From the NCBI RefSeq assembly GCF_006345805.1, contig NC_043008.1, forward strand, positions 41,602,001 to 41,666,000: a stretch of 64,000 bases of DNA, written 5' to 3'. The notes under the pieces are model-generated. The model was given only the letters and a program-made list of their open reading frames with translations. It was not told where the DNA came from and ran no database searches. The DNA is from Octopus sinensis (lineage: Eukaryota). The translations under genes and the position numbers were made by a program. Positions 53,591 to 64,000 of this stretch are shown piece by piece (the first letter of the stretch is position 1; every line of letters begins with the position of its first letter).

Positions 53591-54674
53591 TTTCGCTTAG
53601 GCATCGCGATACTTATAACCTGATGTAGAACTCAATATAGGGTTACTTGAGAACGATACGTTACTGGAGTACAGCGCCGTTATAAGCAAAGAAGATGACA
53701 AAATAACAAACGATTATTTTATAAACCTACGGCTGTTTCTGCTATCAAATGCGATGGATTCACAGTTGAGTGCCAGAGAAACACTTGATAGCTTCATCGA
53801 TGCCCTCAAACATGAAGTCCAGTTTATTTTGGTCAAACAACAACTTTTATGCATATACACAAAGAAAGAATTACCGATAAGAAAGCAAGTGTGGGTCGGG
53901 TGAAATCCAGGAGCTCCTTCTGTAATTAGGATAAGATTAATTCTGAAATATGGACAGTGATGGGTATACCCTGATGTAGAGAAAGAGTAAATAAGTTTAT
54001 CAGTGAGAGTATAGGTATACAAAACACACACACACAATAACAGACACACGCACACACACATATATTATATAATGTAAGGAGAGTTAACGAAAAAAAACAA
54101 AAGACGAAGACAGGTGGTGTACAAAACAAACAGATGTATTAGTGTAAGGCTCAGAAATAGAAAAAGTCTTTTATGTTTCGAGCCTACGCTCTTCTAGAGA
54201 AAGGGACACAGAAAAAACAAGGAGAGAAAAAAGGTGAGAAAAAACAGGAGTGAAAAAAATATATATATGCGTAAACAAACACACACACATACATACATAC
54301 ATATATAATATATATATATATATATATATACGACACAGGCGCATACACGTGAACACACGCCTGTGCATACTGAAAAGGGAAAGAAAGAGAGAAAAGGTAG
54401 AAGACAATAAGGAATACGTTGAGAAGAAATCAAAAACGTTAAATATTTTCAAATGTAGGAGATGTGGTCGAAGTGAGCAAGTTGGGAGAGGGGAAGTAGG
54501 GACTTTTCCATGTTCGTAGAGTTGGTGTTGTGATAAAAGGATATAGTAGAGAGGAGAAAAGGGTGTTGACAGAGAATAAACGGATGAAAAAAGAACCTCT
54601 AAGGCCATAAAATCCTAGAATATGTGCATTTAAAAGCATTGAGATACATATGCAAACATACATAGACATATATA

Positions 54675-54716
<42 letters not shown>

Positions 54717-54757
54717 CGCGCAGACACACAAGTACGTATACACATTGACACACACAT

Positions 54758-54812
<55 letters not shown>

Positions 54813-54953
54813 TATACACATATACGCATATAAATATATACATATATAGTTCATACACACACACATACACACATATGTATATATGCATATACACATATGC
54901 GCATATAAATACATACATATATACATATATAGTTCATACCTAGATATGTAACG

Positions 54954-54985
<32 letters not shown>

Positions 54986-56058
54986 CACTTACAAGGTCTG
55001 CAGAGATATGCCCACATATATATATATAGACATATCCTTATATACGCACTTAACATAGGAAAACTTACACAAAATTGTACGAATATGTATATATACACAT
55101 ATACATATTTAGACGTAGTTATATGCATACAGTGCATGTACGATATGATTATATATATCAAAAAAGAAAGAAATCCAATAATCATATGATGTTCCCTCAG
55201 AATTTGACATCTGGTTCCTATTATCACTATGATATGCTGAGAAGTTCACAACTGAGTGTCGTAACCTATAATACTGCGTCAAACGTTAGGATGTTCAACC
55301 ATTATCATATCTGCTCAAGAATCTGCGGAGTTTTTGTGCATTAACCAAACACATAATATATTCCTACGGCTGTATCTGTTATTGCATTGACCCGGTTGCT
55401 TTTGGCTAGTTGTTATATTTACTGTCAATCATTGTGCAATAAAATGGACATAATACATATTTTATCTTGGTAATGTCACTGAACGAATTAGTGTAATGTA
55501 ATTTAAGCAAAGACATAAGACAATATAATGCGGTACGTTTTAAGCTATGAGCTTTGACTTGACTATCTCGGATAAATATTATTTATGTGTTAATGGAAAG
55601 TTCACAATATTGGCTTTTATTTCGAAATTGATTTTTACCACTCACGGCATTTGTTTTCGAGCTTATTCTGAAGTCAGAAAGATAGTTGTAATGCTTCTAT
55701 CAACGAAAGCGAGTAATATATTAATATTTTATAAATGTATCTGTGCTGTGCATTACTAGGATCGAACTATTGTTGCCGGGTCTTAATGAGTTTGTGACGG
55801 GCAAAAATAATTTCCTCGCATGTAATATTCTATGACAACAATATATCTTGTATCTAACAAACTAGTTGATAATTCCCTGCATTATTCGATCTTTACTTGA
55901 CGTAAAAATTGACTAGTTTACTATTTTAAGATATGGTCTTAAAATTTTTAACTTTAGCTTTGCAACTCTCAGAGAGAGGATGACAGGTAAATATTACATG
56001 AGCCAGAAATCAAGGCTTTAATAGAAAATGGAATCCATCCAACCTAATAGCTACGGGA

Positions 56059-56389
56059 GTGAGGGCGCGTGGCTTAGTGGTTAGGGCATTCGGCTCATGA
56101 TCGTAAGGTTGTGAGTTCGATTCCCGGCGACGCGTTGTGTCCTTGAGCAAGACACTTTATTTCACGTTGCTCCAGTCCACTCAGCTGGCAAAAATGAGTT
56201 GTACTTGTATTTCAAAGGGCCAGCCTTGTCACTCTCTGTGTCACGCTGATTATCCCCGAGAACTACGTTAAGGGTACACGTGTCTGTGGAATGCTCAGCC
56301 ATTTGCACGTTAATTTCACGAGCAAGCTGTTCCGTTGATCGTATCAGCTGGGACCCTCGTCGTCGTAACCGGCGGAGTCTTTTTTTTTA
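56059..56389 (+). mobile_element. SINE-D (head Y, CORE-like, tail Z)
   Basis: A box TGGCTTAGTGG, B box GAGTTCGATTCCC and GTGTCCTTGAGCAAGACACTT. 13-bp TSD AATAGCTACGGGA at 56046-56058 and 56390-56402. Confidence 0.9.
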
Positions 56390-56629
56390 AATAGCTACGG
56401 GAAATATTGTACTGAAATATTTAACTGAATCTTTGATATACAAAACAACTAATTGTCACGGTATAGACATATACTACATTCTTTTTCTCTTCCTTTCAAA
56501 ATGTATATCGTGCAAGTTCCAGTTTACCACCGACACTTTGCTACGTACCTGACTGGCTCACATAACGTTTATTGATCCAGTCGTCTTAGGCGACATGTTT
56601 CTCAATCCGAGTTTAAACTTCATCAATAC

Positions 56630-57040
56630 TCTTTACTCTCTTTTACTCTTTTACTTGTTTCAGTCATTTGACTGCGGCCATGCTGGAGCACCGCCTTTAG
56701 TCGAGCAAATCGGGACTTATTCTTTGTAAGCCCAGTACTTATTCTATCGGTCCCTTTTGCCGAACCGCTAAGTGACAGGGACGTAAACACACCAGCATCG
56801 GTTGTCAAGCAATGCTAGGGGGACAAACACAGACACACAAACATATACACACACACTTATATATATATATATACATATATACGACAGGCTTCTTTCAGTT
56901 TCCATCTACTAAATCCACTCACAAGGCATTGGTCGGCCCGGGGCCATAGCAGAAGACACTTGCCCAAGATGCCACGCAGTGGGACTGAACCCGGAACCAT
57001 GTGGTTGGTTAGCAAGCTACTTACCACACAGCCACTCCTG
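56630..57040 (-). mobile_element. SINE-B full copy
   Basis: Reverse complement of the family consensus, including the head. Confidence 0.9.
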
Positions 57041-57339
57041 TGCCTATACATTCGTATAGCTTAATCAATTTTTATGTAGTTGAAGTAAGATGCTGTCAAG
57101 TGATTTAAACGTCCCATAATATGATTAAACCTGAATAAAATATACAAAAATTCTAACATTTAAAATACAATTACTTTATGTGAGATAAATTAAATTTCGT
57201 AGACTTACAGACAAGAATATAATTAAGGTACAGTCAATGAATATGGTTTATCTTCATGGAACCTGATTTTAGAGTATATACTTAGACTCATTTCGCCCAC
57301 AATTAGGGAAGTAGGGAAGCGGTCAATGGCACAACAGAA

Positions 57340-57830
57340 CAATATCATCTTCGATCAATCAACATTCACTTTATTTTCTAGTTCAGTATCAGTTTATGTC
57401 AGGAGATAATCTAAAGAAGCCTTCAATCTTGACAGTTTTGCCTCCGCCGTTTCTGTGCTGATTTGAACAACGATATCAAAGAATTCTCTTTCTCATCTAA
57501 ATTGTTTTACATGGTAGAGGTAACGGCGAGAATTATCATATTCATCAAATTATACAAACATATTTTCCTATCTTCCAGGAAGCTCATGTACGATCCAGAC
57601 AGCTAATAGTATTCAAAATTCGAGTGAAGTAGACCGCTTCTATTGGCCCCACAATCAACGGGTCTCAATATAGTCGAACAATTGTGGGGCATTTTTGAAG
57701 AGCAAATAATAAGTCAGTTTCTTCTGCTACCGTCGCTGAAAGAACTAAAGCAGCTTTACTTGAAGAATGGTTCAAAATTACCCTAGCATTCGTTCAGACC
57801 CTGTGCACGGCAATTTCTCAATGTATTACA
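57340..57830 (+). pseudogene. Tc1/mariner transposase relic
   Basis: IIFDQSTFTLFSS..SVYVRR*SKEAFN (compare VIFSDES.F.LF..GRVYV.R...EA.NP), WP(P)QSTGLNIVEQLWGIFE (compare WPPQSPDLNIIE.LW) and LLEEWFKI. Confidence 0.75.
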
Positions 57831-58814
57831 ACTTTGGACCATCTCCGTAATAAATAATTAATCTTCCATTTAACGAAGTGTTTCTATTATTTTTGTTCAA
57901 TTCTTGGAATGCATTATCTAATGAACTCAAAGGAAGCACCGTTCTTTAAAACGGTAGAATGTCATTCGAGGGATGTTTACTTCTATCTGTAACAGCTTTT
58001 GCAATCACATGGAGACTCATTTATATATTTATTTCTATTTATTTTTTTTATTTGAGTCGTTATTTATTCTGTTTGTGAAGACCACAACCACATTTCTCAT
58101 GTTAATGCGACTACATTACGTTCCTAATGTAGTCTAAAGAAAGAAGAAAAAAAACTAATAGAATGTCACATGCTTCTTGTGTGCTGTAAAAAATAAAGAG
58201 TATTTTGTACGGATTCAGGAGGAAGCCACAGGATTTACTGCTTCCGTTCTGACATTCGAACATTTGAATATTCGTTCTGCCAGCTGTCATAACGTTGGAT
58301 ACCAGTTAATGGTAACAATCGCCAATTCTTGTCAGATAAGAATAAATATGTGCTTGTGCGTGCGCGCGAGTGGGGAAAGAGAGAAAGGAATTATATAAAT
58401 CACATGAAAACAAAATTGGAAGTGCTGATGTCAAACCCAACAACATTCAACATGTATTATTACAAAAGTGTTGTGTCCAGGTGCGAGGATGCAACCGCTT
58501 TGACAACCTCTCTTTAACCGACATTAAATTTAAACACCTCTCTCAGAAAACAATCTTACTTTATTTTGCTATCGAGTTAAACATAACAATTACGTTACTC
58601 TATTTTATCTATGCCCCTTCAGCCTGTTGAATCTGACAAAATACTGACAAAGCAGAATAGAAAACTTGTTTAAAAAAAGAAATAAAATTTATTTTACTCA
58701 AAAAGTGACTGCCACCTGAATGTCCTCACAGCTTTTAACTCTGATCAGATTATTGATCTGTAACGCTGAAAAAATCGAATTCTAGCCTTTATTATTTTAT
58801 TTTTATTCAGTTAA

Positions 58815-58883
58815 TAATAATAATAATCATTACTATTATTTTTTTATTATTATTATTATCATATTATTATTATTATTATTATA

Positions 58884-58917
<34 letters not shown>

Positions 58918-59000
58918 TACAACTACTACTATTATTATTATTATTTTATTTTTATTATTATTATTACTACTACTGTTATTATTATTATTATTATTACTAC

Positions 59001-59037
<37 letters not shown>

Positions 59038-59164
59038 TTTTTATTATTATTATTATTATTACTACTACTACTGTTATCATCATTATCCTCATCATCATCA
59101 TCATTATTATTATTATTATTATTATCATTATTATTATTATTATTATTATTACTACAACTACTAC

Positions 59165-59203
<39 letters not shown>

Positions 59204-59330
59204 TACTACTGTTCTTCTTCTTCTTATTATTATTATTACTACTACTATTATTATTATTATTATTATTATCATTATTATTATTATCATTATTATTATTATT
59301 AATATTAATATTATCATCATCATCATCATA
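58815..59330 (+). repeat. Long (ATT)n-dominated compound trinucleotide array
   Basis: Direct reading. Confidence 0.95.
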
Positions 59331-61673
59331 GTTCTCCATTTAACAGTTGTTCTTGTCTTGTTTTCGTTTATTAGCTCGGTGGTTTTCTGGTTGGCTTTCA
59401 TTTGTTATACACCGTTCCTTATTTATTTTAACATGTCACATTTAAATAATACTGAAAGCTAAAAGCGAAGCCACTCTGCCTGTTGGCAAGCTGCGTCTCG
59501 TCTAAAGTGCAAAGAACAACGCTGTTATTGAACTGTGCCGGGTAATGACGTCAGTGAAGGAGTGTATCAAACGAAATCGAATTAATTGCAACTGGAACGA
59601 CGGCGAAATGGTATAAACTGGCGTTAAATGTGAACGACGTCTGTGAAAATTTAAACTAAGATCAAAATGGAGACATAAAAATTGTTAAGCTGAAAGTTAT
59701 AGTTAAAACAAAATGTTAGCAATTTTCCTACTCGTTAGATGTTCCTCTTAATGTGATAGAGTATTTAACCTCCCCGTGTATCACAGACCTAAGGAAGGAA
59801 AATTGATTCAATAAATTCAGATGTAAGGTGAGATTATCTTTCATAATTAGAAATTCGAAGTGCCAGAAGCCAACATATGTGTGATACGGGTTAAGTCATT
59901 ATTATTGCAGTTAATCTAATTTTGAACGTCGCATATTTTTGTATATCTAGAACTAAATTGTCAAATGTTTAGCATTTTTTTTCATGACGATATGATGGGA
60001 TTTCAGTGCAGCGAATTATTGCTAGCTTCAAGTCGGTGTATCGTGAGTTCAAGTCACACTCAGATAGAGTTTGTCTTTCATATTTCCGACAGCATCTGCC
60101 AATAGACTACCACCAGGCAGTGACACAAGTTGTCCCCATTATCTCTTGCTTTCTCTCCTCCCTCTCTCCCTCTCTCTCTCTCTCTTTCGGTTTCTTGTAT
60201 AACAGTCGCCCATGAAGGGCTGTCGAGATACATTGATCGTCACTGCATCTATTTCTCCTCCAAAACGACCTGTGTGAGCCATGAATGAGGGGTTCATAAT
60301 CTTTTCTGGTGAAAACAAAATATATAATACTAGTGGCATGGTTCGAGTAAAGACCAAAGTACAGGTACACTACGGAAGAAAGGAAGTAAAAGAATAGTAC
60401 TATTTTGAGGGAGGTTTATTTGCAAGTTATTATTGGTGCAAAATCCACACACAGAGTTCTATTCTAGGCTTATTCGGATCTAAGTTTAGGTATTTATAGT
60501 CTCCTTTCACACTTTAAGCACGATAAAATATGAATAATGCATATAATAGCTTTGTTGTTGATTTGCTAAGGTTTATATGTTATAACATTTACTCACTTCG
60601 ATAGATTAGAATTCTAACAGTTGATCTCGTAATCTTTTCTAATATAATAAAAGCGATGAGCATATACACACAGCTGTTTCTTTATTAACTACACGGAGAT
60701 TGACTTTTTAGGAAAGGATTAGTCGACACTAAATATTGATCGCAGCACCTAACTGGTACTTTATTTAATCGACCTGAAAGATTTGAAAGTCATACTTGAT
60801 TTCTTCTGAGATTTCAGGGCCTGAAGAACCAGGGGTATTTTGAGGCACGCGCAAATGATTCTGCCAAAGACCCTTTCTGATACAGAAATATAATCATGGT
60901 TTCTAATTTAGACCCAAGTGCAGCAATCTTAAGAGTTGAGGATTAATCGATATTAAATGACCCCAACACTTGACTAGTACTTCGTTTTATCGACCCTAGA
61001 AAGGCGAAATCTACGGTTTCGAAAAACAAGGCAGCTACCATTGTTGGCAGGATAATCAAGGCCGTGACTAAATGCGAAGGAATTGTATATATTTTTCTGT
61101 TGACTACAAAAGTATTGCTCATCAGGAGCTAGTTCCAGTAGGTGAGAAAAATCAACAAAGACTTTCACTTTGATTTCTTTATACTTTTAGGAAATGAATT
61201 ACAAAGGAAGAAACATTGAACTTAGAGAAAAATAATTTGACTGCTACAGTATGAAAACGCACCTGCTCACTCGCCATTCGTTGTTGCTATCTTTTTGGTA
61301 CAACAACAAATGATTTTCTTCCACCAGACAGCTTAGTTGCCAAATTTTGTCGCTGCAAACATTTTTTCCCGAAGGTAAAATCTAGATTGAAAGGTATCTG
61401 ATTTCAACGACAGAAGAGATAAAAGAAAGAACATTTTACTACACCTGCAAAATACGGCGGAAAACGAATTCCAAAATTGAAACCTAAAACATTTGAGCTG
61501 TGTATAATCAAAGAATGGAACATTAACATTCAAAATTGCAATAACTAATGCTATTCTAAGTAAAGCAATAGATTTCATATGCATTTCTACTTTTAAAGGG
61601 CCATTTATTTTCATACATGTGTATATGTGTGTATGTGTATAGATAGATAGAGAGGGAGACAGACAGACAGATG

Positions 61674-61713
<40 letters not shown>

Positions 61714-63331
61714 TAGATAGATAGATAGATGTAGATATGCATAGAAATACACACACATACATAGAATCTCAGATATATAGATATGGAAGCATATGATGCT
61801 TAACAGTTACTCGCAAGTTGGTGTGAGCCGGTATCTTGTGCCATGCTTCCGCTTATCGTTCTATGCGCATGCCTGAAGACATAGATACTCTCTAACGCTC
61901 CCAGCTTTGACTTAGCGGAACATCGACTAGTACTTGTTTTCAATTGAGTAGACTGGAAACGAAATGAACGGAAATGCCTGCTAAAAAAAAATCATTTCTC
62001 GCTCCCTCCAGAAATGAAATCCGACACTTTATGATCGTTTGTACAACGCCCAAACCAAATGACTTGGCTTACGCACGCACATACACCATGCACACACACT
62101 ATGCACAGACACCATTCAATACATACACATACTTATATAGATAGGTAAGACACACGCGTAAGCATATATGCCTAAATATGTATGGGCATAAGCACGTATG
62201 TGTATTTGTGTGCGGGTATATGCAAGCGTTGAAGCATATATGTAGATACCCATACGAGTGAGTACCGCATTGATATATTACGAACTATACCCCTATGATC
62301 AGTGACATTGAAAGAACTTCTTTTCATCGCTTGCAGAGATATATCTTTTATTTTTATTCCTGTCGTAGGGGGGTGTATAATATTGTAAAATATCCAAAGC
62401 GAATGATTAAAAGGAATGCATTTTGGTATTTCAAGTTCTCAGCACGGAAACAAAGAGCGGGAAAATGGTGATATGGAATAAAAGAATAGAACACTACAAA
62501 AGAAAGTCATTGCGACTTTGGAGATGAAATCAAGCAGTAAAGGACACAGCGCTCATAGGGATTGTTAATCTCCGGTTTCACGCATTTGATGTCGATGGTC
62601 TCTTTAATTTTTCGGTAGCCAACATTTATATCAGTAACTTTGATCATACCTTTGCTTTCCTGTTAAAGCATTTGCCCAATTGCTTTTTAACCGACAACCT
62701 AATATATAGGGTTTCCTATTGAACGAATATACATAGATCATCTTTAAGAAGGAATGGATGCAGAGAGATGTCTAGAATACGTATGAAAATGTGTTGAATG
62801 CAAGCATTATTTGCATTCCTGTGTTCGACTGCACCAGATCAGTAGCATTCTTTTTCTCCAGGCCACTGGTCAAAGTTAGTCATAATGCTAACAGTACTGA
62901 ATTCATTATATTTACCAAAAAGTCTATGATTTTTTTTTTATAGTACAGATATATTGTAATGAATCTGAATTAATATTGATTCACGTAATTACAACAAAAA
63001 ACTATTTCAAATATTTAAAATATCTTGCTAATGAAAATAGAAGATGGCTTTTACTGATATGATCACTTCAAACTCTTGTTAATTCTGCCGTTACACATTT
63101 CTGTCAAAATTCGATATTATTACATTATTCTGAAACTTCGTTTAAAAAATTATAAGTACATAAAATAAACAATATATATATATATATATATTAGGTTATA
63201 AGAGGTAATGGTGTCATCGAGACCCAAAGGTGTCAGGTAATGCTGAATAAGTGCTATAGAGGTACCATAGTTGTGTTCCAGGTTCGGTAATTTTGCGAAT
63301 AAGGGGTTCAACGTTGGTCATATGTCAGCGT

Positions 63332-63645
63332 GTGTATATAAGAATTGTTTGCGTAATGAGATAAAAAAAACCAAGGCTGTGTAGATATTAGAACATTGAT
63401 AGACAGAAGGTCTTACAGCTGTTTCCAGGATATTTATTAATTATATCCCTCCATCGGAGACGGTGTGAGAGGATGTATCCTATCTAAACTAACTATTACT
63501 TAACCATCCTCTAACACCGTCTCCGATGAAGGGGTATAATTAATAAATATCCTGGAAACAGCTGTAAGACCTTCTATCTATAAATGTTCTAATATCTACA
63601 CAGCCTTGGTTATTTAATCTCATTTCGCAAAAATTCTTATATATA
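63332..63645. mobile_element. Fold-back element (~145-bp arms, ~30-bp spacer) with a hammerhead-like motif in each arm
   Basis: Arms about 63332-63475 and 63505-63645. Plus-strand motif GTCT-CCGATGA-AGGGGTATAATTAATAAATATCCTG-GAAAC-AGCT-GTA-AGAC at 63519-63570. Confidence 0.85.
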
Positions 63646-64000
63646 TATATATATATATATACGCGACAGTACGTGCATTTATATGTACTTGTATTCTTAT
63701 GTATGTTTGTGTGTACGTGCGGGGGGTGTTTGTACGTGTGTGCGTGTGTGTGTGTATTAATGTATGTATATTCATAGTTCGCTCTGTTCAGTCATAGATA
63801 ATAAGAAAATCTGGACAGTGTCTCGAAACGACCTAAGTACATGACTTACAATTATTCTATTAATTACGAAAATAGGAAATATGAAGTTGACCCCAGTGGG
63901 GCTTGAACTGGCAACATAATTAACTGCTACAAAGTACTTCTACTTGTGTTCCACCCCTCCGTGCTCAATGCCTTATTTCTTATCCTGACCCAGCGAATCG

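Noticed and set aside
59546-59553. Perfect CRE palindrome TGACGTCA in a mildly CpG-rich patch
   Set aside because: One 8-mer in 64 kb is expected by chance, and there is no linked exon or TSS evidence.

Overview
AT-rich, microsatellite-dense eukaryotic DNA with no confidently supported host gene. The repeat families look like those I recall from Octopus/coleoid genomes; that assignment is inferred, not verified. Nearly all ORF-track entries are translations of simple repeats. The real content is mobile DNA: several tRNA-derived SINE families, one full-length but frameshifted Tx1-clade LINE (16697-22052), and relics of RLE-type LINEs, RTE, Tc1, a Chapaev-like transposase and non-autonomous Helitrons. 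Main observation: the Tx1 LINE sits inside a SINE, between its A and B boxes, with an 18-bp target duplication (TGGTATTTCGTCTGYCRC). Its last ~45 nt match the 3' tail of that same SINE subfamily, and a SINE dimer at 4394-4811 is joined at exactly the same site. Together these suggest a LINE that both mobilises and site-specifically targets its partner SINE. Second observation: at least four small repeat families carry minimal hammerhead-ribozyme-like motifs of the Penelope-like type, mostly as inverted pairs, and one of them has a tRNA-derived head.
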